Shown piece after piece: positions 1-7,389 of a stretch of DNA of 64,000 nt (the first letter of the stretch is position 1; the number at the start of each line of letters is the position of its first letter). The notes under the pieces are model-generated. The model was not told where the DNA came from, ran no database searches, and saw nothing but the letters and a program-made list of their open reading frames with translations. This DNA is from a virus, in IMG/VR virus record IMGVR_UViG_3300023179_000016, positions 64,001 to 128,000 of that record; one strand, 5' to 3'. The position numbers and the translations under genes are program-made.

Positions 1-2
1 CA

Positions 3-143
3 CTACAAGCCAGCATCGTACGCCTATTGCTCACCCAAGACGGATATATCACTCCCAGCGACCCATCGGACGAGCCATGCACCCACACCGCAGACCTCTT
101 GCTCCTGCTATATAAGATGGGCCTAGGGAGACTCCGCGCATGA
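3..143 (+). CDS. Partial small hypothetical protein (micro-ORF array member, 5' truncated)
   Basis: Hand translation LQASIVRLLLTQDG...DLLLLLYKMGLGRLRA*; its TGA overlaps the next ATG (ATGA at 140-143). Confidence 0.5.
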   Translation, partial: LQASIVRLLLTQDGYITPSDPSDEPCTHTADLLLLLYKMGLGRLRA

Positions 144-316
144 GGCTCCACGACACCAGGGACCTGCTCAAGGTACTCGAGAAGCTCAATATCGCCTCCG
201 CCAGCGAAAAGATAATGAGCGAGCTCACCGAGCACATGAAGCTGTGGTTTGGCCATTTTGATCAGGCTCACCCGGGCGCATACGCACCTATAGTCGACAA
301 AAATGAAGAAAACTGA
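140..316 (+). CDS. Small hypothetical protein, 58 aa (micro-ORF array)
   Basis: Hand translation MRLHDTRDLLKVLEKLNIAS...; ATGA coupling upstream; overlaps the next gene by 14 nt. Confidence 0.55.
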   Translation: MRLHDTRDLLKVLEKLNIASASEKIMSELTEHMKLWFGHFDQAHPGAYAPIVDKNEEN

Positions 317-707
317 GTTTGACGAGCATATGTATAGGCGCCTGGCTGGCTTCTTGGGCTGCATGGGCATAGAGATAGACGATTCTATGCTCGACCTGAT
401 AAGGCGACACCACTGGCTCGACATGCGACAGGCGCGGCGCCCGTTCAAGCGCTACGGCGAGGACGACGATCTAGGCGACGAAGACGGCACCCTGTATCTC
501 GCCGCAGCCGCGAGCGACGCACGGGACATAAAGCCGTGCGGATGCGAGTGGAATATAGTGAGACGTGTTCTCTATAAGGGGCAATGGTGTGTAGGCTGCT
601 CGATGCACTTGATAGAGTTGCTAGAGATGCTCGGCGTCATCAGGGGTGAGGGAAGCGTCGAGGCCACCGTCATGTCGGCGCAAAAAGATGAGTGCGGCGC
701 CTGGTAA
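303..707 (+). CDS. Hypothetical protein, 134 aa (micro-ORF array)
   Basis: ORF track; contains CGC...CVGC and the motif LIELLEMLGVI. Confidence 0.6.
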   Translation: MKKTEFDEHMYRRLAGFLGCMGIEIDDSMLDLIRRHHWLDMRQARRPFKRYGEDDDLGDEDGTLYLAAAASDARDIKPCGCEWNIVRRVLYKGQWCVGCSMHLIELLEMLGVIRGEGSVEATVMSAQKDECGAW

Positions 708-891
708 GACCGTACACGTCAGGCTCAGATGTGAGGGCGAGGAGTCGCTCGTCAGGTTGTTGAGCCGTCTAGAGGTGATACAATTATTAGCTATGCTGTA
801 CGAGTACGGCTCTTCGAGAAGCATGTCGAGCCGCGCGTACGATGCAGTGATAATTGTCTCTAGGGGTGACGAGGCAGATGAAAATCGATGA
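688..891 (+). CDS. Small hypothetical protein, 67 aa (micro-ORF array)
   Basis: ATG at 688 within track ORF 646..891; motif LVRLLSRLEVI. Confidence 0.55.
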   Translation: MSAAPGKTVHVRLRCEGEESLVRLLSRLEVIQLLAMLYEYGSSRSMSSRAYDAVIIVSRGDEADENR

Positions 892-1105
892 CGTGCTTAG
901 ATATATCATGGCTTTTGCGGAGCAGGACCGGTGGAATACCAGGATGAATGGGTTGCCGCAGGATGCAGTGGTGCGCTTGCTCATGAAGCTGAGAGTTGTG
1001 GATGGGGTGGGGGCCCTAAGAAGCGTTGATGGAGAAAGATGCGGGGCGTGCGGATCAAGCAATAGACAAGAAGACAAGTATGTCGCTTTTATGGAGAGTA
1101 AGTAG
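878..1105 (+). CDS. Small hypothetical protein, 75 aa (micro-ORF array)
   Basis: ATG at 878 preceded by GAGG; motif VVRLLMKLRVV; CxxC near the C-terminus. Confidence 0.55.
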   Translation: MKIDDVLRYIMAFAEQDRWNTRMNGLPQDAVVRLLMKLRVVDGVGALRSVDGERCGACGSSNRQEDKYVAFMESK

Positions 1106-1129
1106 AAGATAATCTCTTACTTTGTTTTT

Positions 1130-1282
1130 GTGAAGTTTATAGTGGATTTTGAGAGATCTAACGACATGCCGGTTACCAAGGATTTTCTATGTCTTATAGA
1201 GAAGCTTGGTATATTAAAATTTAAGCAGCTTTACAGTCTCGAGCACTGGTTTTCTGACATAATGATAATAGAGTATGACTAG
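1130..1282 (+). CDS. Small hypothetical protein, about 50 aa (micro-ORF array)
   Basis: Hand translation (GTG)KFIVDFERSNDMPVTKDFLCLIEKLGILKF...EYD*; start uncertain. Confidence 0.45.
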   Translation: MKFIVDFERSNDMPVTKDFLCLIEKLGILKFKQLYSLEHWFSDIMIIEYD

Positions 1283-1376
1283 CAACAGGCAGTTCAGTGA
1301 CTGGTATCAGCACGCGCAGAGATTGGCCAAGAAGATATCGTTTAGAAGATTCATATATCGATTGTTAAAAGTGTAA
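1275..1376 (+). CDS. Micro-protein, 33 aa (micro-ORF array)
   Basis: MTSNRQFSDWYQHAQRLAKKISFRRFIYRLLKV*; overlaps the previous stop; TAATG coupling to the next gene. Confidence 0.5.
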   Translation: MTSNRQFSDWYQHAQRLAKKISFRRFIYRLLKV

Positions 1377-1501
1377 TGAGCGACACAGAAGATAGCGATA
1401 CGATAAGAGACACTAAAAAATTCTTTGACTACCTGTCTTGCGCGTTCGCCAAGAAGATGGTCCTCATAGAGTTTCTGCGCAGATTGATGAAGATGCCATG
1501 A
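1376..1501 (+). CDS. Micro-protein, 41 aa (micro-ORF array)
   Basis: MSDTEDSDTIRDTKKFFDYLSCAFAKKMVLIEFLRRLMKMP*; TAATG and ATGA coupling at the two ends. Confidence 0.55.
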   Translation: MSDTEDSDTIRDTKKFFDYLSCAFAKKMVLIEFLRRLMKMP

Positions 1502-1692
1502 GCCACGTCAGCGATAACAATCTCATAAGGGTAAGGGAATATCAGGTGAAGCGCAGACTTGTCAGATTCATATACAAGATGATAGATAAGCCCATCGCGA
1601 CTAGCATGATCGATGCCCTTATGGAGTCGTTTAATATAAGTCTAAATGAAAACTACGAACTGATAGTGAAAGATATAGACGACATCAGCTAG
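1498..1692 (+). CDS. Small hypothetical protein, 64 aa (micro-ORF array)
   Basis: ATG 1498 (ATGA overlap) within track ORF 1438..1692; motif RRLVRFIYKMIDK. Confidence 0.55.
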   Translation: MSHVSDNNLIRVREYQVKRRLVRFIYKMIDKPIATSMIDALMESFNISLNENYELIVKDIDDIS

Positions 1693-1843
1693 TGGCAATC
1701 TCACTCGCCAGCTTTGTCATATAATCTACCCATAGATCATCTGGGTTTGCATTCTTGATGCCTAGAAATCTCAATAGAGATAACATCGACATTGCCGCAT
1801 CTATCTCTCTATATGTTGAGTTCTTGTTCACGGTGGCCGGCAT
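1685..1843 (-). CDS. Small hypothetical protein, 52 aa (micro-ORF array)
   Basis: Hand translation MPATVNKNSTYREIDAAMSMLSLLRFLGIKNANPDDLWVDYMTKLASEIATS*. Confidence 0.5.
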   Translation of the reverse strand: MPATVNKNSTYREIDAAMSMLSLLRFLGIKNANPDDLWVDYMTKLASEIATS

Positions 1844-1967
1844 TTCTGGAATGAGAGAATAGTAGTTTATACATGAAAAATTTAAGCTCTAATGCGTAAT
1901 AGACATTGACCTTGCCATGTCTACTGCCTATATTGAAATTTAATTCTCTGTCAAATATCTTTTCCAT
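1809..1967 (-). CDS. Small hypothetical protein, 52 aa (micro-ORF array)
   Basis: ATG 1967 preceded by GAGGG, within track ORF 1809..2000; motif LKFFMYKLLF. Confidence 0.5.
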   Translation of the reverse strand: MEKIFDRELNFNIGSRHGKVNVYYALELKFFMYKLLFSHSRNAGHREQELNI

Positions 1968-2103
1968 GTGTATTCCCTCGCGTGTTGGCAGAGGAAACAT
2001 TCATAAATTTGTGTTAGCCTCTGCGTTCAAAAGCTATCACTTAATTATATCAGTGAACAACACTAGAGTTAAGATGTTGACTTAAATTAATAATTATTTA
2101 AGT

Positions 2104-2265
2104 TCAATATGGAAATGCGTTTGCAGAAGAGGATGCAACTTCGCCGGATTGGTATTTCTTATATATTTCTTCGCCGACGAGCTTCATCATGAACATGTAT
2201 AGTGAAAATTTTATATTTTCTTCTATATGTCTGTTGAAAAGCAGATTGTTTATTTTCGATCCCAT
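2104..2265 (-). CDS. Small hypothetical protein, 53 aa (micro-ORF array)
   Basis: Hand translation MGSKINNLLFNRHIEENIKFSLYMFMMKLVGEEIY...FPY*; overlaps the end of the upstream gene. Confidence 0.5.
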   Translation of the reverse strand: MGSKINNLLFNRHIEENIKFSLYMFMMKLVGEEIYKKYQSGEVASSSANAFPY

Positions 2266-2489
2266 TTATATTCTTGTACCTCGACGTCTCCTCCCATCAA
2301 GGTGTGATGCATTAAAACATCTACTGCCATTCTGGATCGCTGCTGTGTGGTTGGAGGGACTGTATTCAAGAATTCAGGTAAGCATATGCCTCTAAACGGA
2401 CACTTTGAACAGCGCTGCGATTCCATGCACTTGCCGTCTAATTCAATTATCTGCTCTAATATTTCTACATCTTCTGAATTAAGAGCCAT
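2250..2489 (-). CDS. Small 4-Cys protein (putative Fe-S or Zn binding), paralog of 2479..2736
   Basis: ILEQIIELDGKC-x5-C-x2-CP-x4-C. Confidence 0.7.
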   Translation of the reverse strand: MALNSEDVEILEQIIELDGKCMESQRCSKCPFRGICLPEFLNTVPPTTQQRSRMAVDVLMHHTLMGGDVEVQEYKWDRK

Positions 2490-2736
2490 TGTTTCCTAAA
2501 AGATCGTCTACGGCTTCATCTAATAGCAACTTAGTTGCTATCTCGAGATATTTTGCATCGGCCTGTTCCTCAGTAAGATCTTCGATTCCTACAGCCTCGA
2601 CGCAAGACATCCAGGTGCCATCTGGTTTTTGCTTTAACTTACTCATAGGGCATGTTGCACATATGTTGGGTTTTGCCCAGCAACAGTTGCCTTCCTCTTC
2701 TATTATTTTTTTTAAGATGTTCTTCTTCTGGTCCAT
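2479..2736 (-). CDS. Small Cys-rich protein (putative Fe-S or Zn binding), paralog of 2250..2489
   Basis: ILKKIIEEEGNCC-x6-C-x2-CP...C. Confidence 0.7.
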   Translation of the reverse strand: MDQKKNILKKIIEEEGNCCWAKPNICATCPMSKLKQKPDGTWMSCVEAVGIEDLTEEQADAKYLEIATKLLLDEAVDDLLGNNGS

Positions 2737-2807
2737 TTTATATATATTCGGATAAGGTTAATTATACAATCATATTGTATCGTGTTTAAAGGTATAATTT
2801 AAGTCTA
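2737..2807. promoter_or_regulatory. Divergent promoter region with a central inverted repeat
   Basis: TATAAT on the + strand (2793-2798) and on the - strand (2761-2766); inverted repeat ATACAAT-cat-ATTGTAT at 2764-2780. Confidence 0.5.
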
Positions 2808-3131
2808 ATGATATCAATTACTAAAAATGCTGCACAAGAGTTACTAAGGCTTCTTGAAGGCAAAGACAAGGATACATATATAAGAATTAGAGTTATAGGA
2901 GGCGGCTGCTCTGGCTTAAATTACAAGTTAGATTTTGACAATGAATCTACAGTTTCGTCTGACAAGATAGTCATATTTGATGCTGTCAAGGTGGCCATAG
3001 ATAGTAAGTCAGCACTATTTTTAGACAAGACTGAGTTAGATTATAGTGGAGGTTTAAATGGCAAAGGTTTCACGTTTAATAATCCAAACGCTAAAAGAAC
3101 ATGCGGATGTGGTTCTAGTTTTAGCGTATAA
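2808..3131 (+). CDS. iscA: A-type iron-sulfur cluster carrier (HesB/IscA/ErpA family)
   Basis: GGGCSG motif, NPNA, and C-terminal TCGCGSSF signature; 107 aa. Confidence 0.93.
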   Translation: MISITKNAAQELLRLLEGKDKDTYIRIRVIGGGCSGLNYKLDFDNESTVSSDKIVIFDAVKVAIDSKSALFLDKTELDYSGGLNGKGFTFNNPNAKRTCGCGSSFSV

Positions 3132-3156
3132 GCGCTTTATAGGGTAAAATTACAAT

Positions 3157-3978
3157 ATGAGCATGGATCGTCCAGATAAACCGTATCCCATACCTCCGCC
3201 AGCTTCACCGCTGTCGACTCCTTCTCCAATGCCCTTGTATATTCCCGATCCCAGCATAAAAGGGGTTAGTTTTGATCAATTATTAAATCAACGCGGCATT
3301 AGGATGATACATAAAAAGGCAATACCATGCATGAATATAGGATCTGTCAACTATCAAGCGCATGAGCCAGATTGTTCATTTTGCGACGATTCTGGCATTC
3401 TGTATTACGACAGTAAAGAAACATGGGGAGTATTTACTGGCAACTCAATAGAAAAAACTTTTGAAGCCCACGGTGTATGGGAAATTGGCACTGCTGTTGT
3501 CACTCTGCCGACAGAATATAAAGACGGCACACAAGCCGATTTTAATACATACGATAAATTGGTGATACCAGATTACACGGTGAGATTATGGGAATTAAAA
3601 GAATACGAACCTACAACTGACAATAAGCAGCGTCTTAGATACGATGTAACTAATGTAGAGTATGCCTCTTCTATATCCAATGGAATACAAAAACTGTACT
3701 ATCCTGGCTCAGATTTTAATATTAGCGAAGAAGGTTATATAGAATGGATACCAGGTCAAGAACCATCATATGATTCTGTAAATCAAAGAGGCGAAGTCAT
3801 AGGATGGGCTTACTTTGCTAATCCGGTATACATAGTTCTGCAATCTCTTAGAGAATTAAGAATAACTCAAGAATTAATAGGTGGAGTCAAACAGGCTAGA
3901 AGATTACCGCAGCAAGTTCTAGTAAGAAGAGACTTCATGGCCGATAACTCAGAAAAGATAAACACTTCTCAACCTTAA
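3157..3978 (+). CDS. Virion structural protein, probable neck/head-closure protein
   Basis: N-terminal IPC...CxxC pattern reminiscent of large-myovirus neck proteins; first gene of the tail/neck block. Confidence 0.5.
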   Translation: MSMDRPDKPYPIPPPASPLSTPSPMPLYIPDPSIKGVSFDQLLNQRGIRMIHKKAIPCMNIGSVNYQAHEPDCSFCDDSGILYYDSKETWGVFTGNSIEKTFEAHGVWEIGTAVVTLPTEYKDGTQADFNTYDKLVIPDYTVRLWELKEYEPTTDNKQRLRYDVTNVEYASSISNGIQKLYYPGSDFNISEEGYIEWIPGQEPSYDSVNQRGEVIGWAYFANPVYIVLQSLRELRITQELIGGVKQARRLPQQVLVRRDFMADNSEKINTSQP

Positions 3979-4031
3979 ATTAAGTACAAATATGAGTTAT
4001 AATTACACTATTAATAGGTTTATATCGTAAT

Positions 4032-5618
4032 ATGCCAAAGGTAGTCAGCAAAGCACAATATAGGATGATGCAGGGAATTCTGCATGGTAAACACAAGGGC
4101 ACCAAAAGAGGCGATCATGGTCCACCTAAATGGGCTATCGAGCATTATGATTTTCCAGATTATAAATCTCTTCCAGAATCTAAGGGAAAAGAGTTGGAAG
4201 GTGGTCATTGGGGACATGGGGATGGCAACAGCGAATACCATAAGCACAAAACTAGAAAAGAATATAATAAGCACCATCCGCATCACGGTCATGGAAGAAA
4301 TAAAAAAAATAAAGATGAATCTAAAAAGTCGCATGAAAAGAAGAAAAAATCTTTAAAGAAGACAGATTCTGGCTATGAGTGGGCCGCGATGATACTGATG
4401 GATGACAACAATAGGGTTCTATTGGGTCAGCATACTGACGGTAGTTTAGCATTTCCAGGTGGACATGTTGACTCTACTGATCCAGATACAGAAGTCACTG
4501 CTATCAGAGAAACCAAAGAAGAGACAGGCATTGAAGTACAGACTGCAACTAAAATTTGGAGCTCTAAGGGCAAAAATAAAGGCGATCTGTATATAGCAGA
4601 AAAGTTCACAGGTTCTCCTAAAAACAGCAATGAGCTTAAAAATTTAAAGTGGCATGAGCCTCATGAAATACAGTGGGAAGATGTTAGAGATTGCTGTGTC
4701 AAACCGCTAAAATATTTTATTAAATATAAGCTCGGCAAATCTTTGAAGGGCATGATGGCCCTAGAATCTTTAAATAAAAATATAGTTAGACAGAAGTCAG
4801 GTGTAACACACGAGATAACTCACGGCGATGCACTAAGATTGATTGGCACAGGTTTATTTAAAAAAATTAAAAAAGAAGTCGAGGACATGCAGGATGAGGA
4901 CTTTAGAGATTTTAAATTAGACACTTGCACAGTTAAGATAAGAAAACACATGAACGATGTCTATTCAGGTAACGTTGTAGATGGCCATAAAACCATATAT
5001 CAATTTACTAATAAATCTCTGCCAGAAGTTACTGCTGCACTCATGAGTGTTTTTGAGTGGTACTTGCCAGAAGATGAGGATATTCTAAACACGATCGATG
5101 AGAAGAACATATCTGATGACGATATACATGGTGGCCTATCTGCTCTAATAGATCATTATAAAAAGCACAACATAAGCAACATCTATGCTGAGATGGAAAA
5201 TATTCGCGAAGAGATAAGAAATGGTGTCGCAGTAGATGTTCAGCAGATAGAAGCCAGAATAATGAAGTTATTTGACAAGCTAGAAGATGTAGTGCACACG
5301 ATAGTAGATAAGCACAACACTCTAAAAGATTTAACAGAAAAAGAGTTAGAAGAGATCGATAAAAAATTACGCGAACTACAGTCGAAGATCGACGACATGA
5401 ATAAGAAATCAGAAACTGTAGAGGCTATTTCTGTACATAAAAAGAACCCAGAAAAAATTCTTAGAGAAGAATACTCTTACCTGCCAAGACCCTCTATAGA
5501 GATTTCGCCAGAAGGCAAAATCAAGATAACGTTTGACTCCGAATGGACATCGCTTGAAAAAGAAAATTTCTTGCATGATCTCCGTGCCAAAGTACTTAAA
5601 AAAGAGAAAAGCAAATAA
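4032..5618 (+). CDS. Multidomain protein: His/Lys-rich N-terminus, NUDIX hydrolase domain, coiled-coil C-terminal region
   Basis: Nudix box FPGGHVD...AIRETKEETGI; tract HHPHHGHGRNKKNK. Confidence 0.75.
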   Translation: MPKVVSKAQYRMMQGILHGKHKGTKRGDHGPPKWAIEHYDFPDYKSLPESKGKELEGGHWGHGDGNSEYHKHKTRKEYNKHHPHHGHGRNKKNKDESKKSHEKKKKSLKKTDSGYEWAAMILMDDNNRVLLGQHTDGSLAFPGGHVDSTDPDTEVTAIRETKEETGIEVQTATKIWSSKGKNKGDLYIAEKFTGSPKNSNELKNLKWHEPHEIQWEDVRDCCVKPLKYFIKYKLGKSLKGMMALESLNKNIVRQKSGVTHEITHGDALRLIGTGLFKKIKKEVEDMQDEDFRDFKLDTCTVKIRKHMNDVYSGNVVDGHKTIYQFTNKSLPEVTAALMSVFEWYLPEDEDILNTIDEKNISDDDIHGGLSALIDHYKKHNISNIYAEMENIREEIRNGVAVDVQQIEARIMKLFDKLEDVVHTIVDKHNTLKDLTEKELEEIDKKLRELQSKIDDMNKKSETVEAISVHKKNPEKILREEYSYLPRPSIEISPEGKIKITFDSEWTSLEKENFLHDLRAKVLKKEKSK

Positions 5619-6262
5619 TGAGATCTATTTTTTTAGAATTAGAATCATTGAGAGCTTATTTAAACTCTAGAGAGATGGATGCAGACAGCATAGAAGAAAT
5701 TATATCTGCTGCAGAAAAAGAGATCTCTTCTGCACTTCAAGATAAATTAGATGAAGGTTTAGAATTAGCGGTTCAATCCGGTGTTCAAAAAGATTCATCA
5801 GATTTTATTAATGATTTAAGACCTAGATTTGATGCGTTCATAGTAGATACAAGATCTGGATCCACCGACTTCTCAGATCCTCCTTTTCCAATGCTCGATA
5901 GACTTTTAACTGGCAATGTAAAACCTATGAAAGATGGTTCCGGTGTATATAAAGTGATACCAGTTGGAGCCCCTAGTAAATCAACAAGATCACCTATTCA
6001 CACAAATATATTTGACGCTCAAAAGGCTATCATGGCAGAAAGAAATCAGGCCTCTAGGGAGCGTCTTCGCGGTACGGCGTCAAGAGGGACGGGGGCACAA
6101 TTTAGAACCGCCACCAGCAAACAAGATAGAAATTCGCAGTGGGTTATGCCGGCCAAAGACAAAGACTTTACTGAAGATTTAGATCAAATAAACGAAATGC
6201 TTAGAGAAGAGCGCGAAAAGATAATAAACGATGTTATTCGTTCCTATATGGAGAACTACTAA
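5618..6262 (+). CDS. Probable neck/tail-completion protein
   Basis: Position upstream of the sheath; motifs YKVIPV and FRTATS...W; TAATG coupling. Confidence 0.5.
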   Translation: MRSIFLELESLRAYLNSREMDADSIEEIISAAEKEISSALQDKLDEGLELAVQSGVQKDSSDFINDLRPRFDAFIVDTRSGSTDFSDPPFPMLDRLLTGNVKPMKDGSGVYKVIPVGAPSKSTRSPIHTNIFDAQKAIMAERNQASRERLRGTASRGTGAQFRTATSKQDRNSQWVMPAKDKDFTEDLDQINEMLREEREKIINDVIRSYMENY

Positions 6263-6987
6263 TGTCTTTCGTAATGCCAGAAATAGTGATGCAGAAGATA
6301 TTAGACTATGGCATAAAACAACTTCGTCAAAATAAAGTCGAATTTTATGATCTATTCAGTCAATTCACTCAAGAAGAGCTTAACAGCGACTATGGTGAAA
6401 AATATCTAGAAGAGATATGGAATTGGTTTACTACCACCAAAATACCAGTTGTTAAAGCTTGGACCTTTAATAGGCAAAACATACCCAGTATAAGTGTACA
6501 TCTTGCAAATGAGACCGAAGATGAAAGCAAAGCCAGTCTTCAGGACATTGGTGGATTGACCGATGACGGTGAGACCGGCATGGGCGTATTCACAGTAATG
6601 ATAGATATAGGAATACATGCCAATAAAGCCGGCGATCATGTGTTGTGGCTGTATTACATAGTTGCATACATACTGTTTAAACACAAGAGAATGGCAGAAA
6701 GATTTGGTCTTTCTTTACATACATTTAGTGCTTCCGATTACAATAAAGACGCTAATAAGATGACAGAAAATATATGGACTAGATGGGTAAGATATAGATG
6801 CACTACTCAGAACTTCTGGCCATCGATTAAGTATCTAGAAATTAACGGAATAAATACGGATGTTAGCATCTTAGAAGATCCATCTGGAGACTATGCAACA
6901 GACGATATAGAAAATATGGATACTGAGTATAATGGGGGAATAATGGTGAGCAGTACGGAAAAAGACAACGAAGATGTGCTTATTTAG
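6262..6987 (+). CDS. Probable tail terminator/completion protein
   Basis: Position; IPSISVHL strand pattern typical of tail terminators; TAATG coupling. Confidence 0.5.
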   Translation: MSFVMPEIVMQKILDYGIKQLRQNKVEFYDLFSQFTQEELNSDYGEKYLEEIWNWFTTTKIPVVKAWTFNRQNIPSISVHLANETEDESKASLQDIGGLTDDGETGMGVFTVMIDIGIHANKAGDHVLWLYYIVAYILFKHKRMAERFGLSLHTFSASDYNKDANKMTENIWTRWVRYRCTTQNFWPSIKYLEINGINTDVSILEDPSGDYATDDIENMDTEYNGGIMVSSTEKDNEDVLI

Positions 6988-7023
6988 GCCCAATTAACGG
7001 TTAAAATGTATTTAAGGTGCAAT

Positions 7024-7329
7024 ATGAGAAAAAGAAATAATCACATGGTTCTAGAAAAGAATAACGCTGTTGAACTTAAAACCGCTGACGACACTGTTGA
7101 TGAGGCCGTAAAGACAGAGTCAACTATAGTTGAAGAAGTAGCCGTAGTAGAAGAACCAGTTCAAAAAGTTGACTTTGATACGTGGTATACAGTCCGTAGG
7201 GGTGCAATACCGCTACATCATCACAAAGAAATAATAAAGGCGGACTTTACGGCTAGAAAAGTACCGCAAGTCTGCACTATGTCAGAATTTGACAGTGCAT
7301 TAGAAAAATATGGCCTAAAAGTTAATTAA
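7024..7329 (+). CDS. Hypothetical protein upstream of the sheath
   Basis: Track ORF 7006..7329; ATG 7024 follows TAAAAT and AAGG. Confidence 0.6.
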   Translation: MRKRNNHMVLEKNNAVELKTADDTVDEAVKTESTIVEEVAVVEEPVQKVDFDTWYTVRRGAIPLHHHKEIIKADFTARKVPQVCTMSEFDSALEKYGLKVN

Positions 7330-7389
7330 ACTAACTAAATAGATATGTTATAATTTACAAGAAACTTGTAGAGATCAGGAGATACAGAC

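Noticed and set aside
854-1282. TAG read-through or alternative genetic code (ORF continues in frame after TAG at 1103-1105)
   Set aside because: Multi-kb genes are open in code 11 and several clear genes end in TAG just before the next start, so this is most simply two genes.
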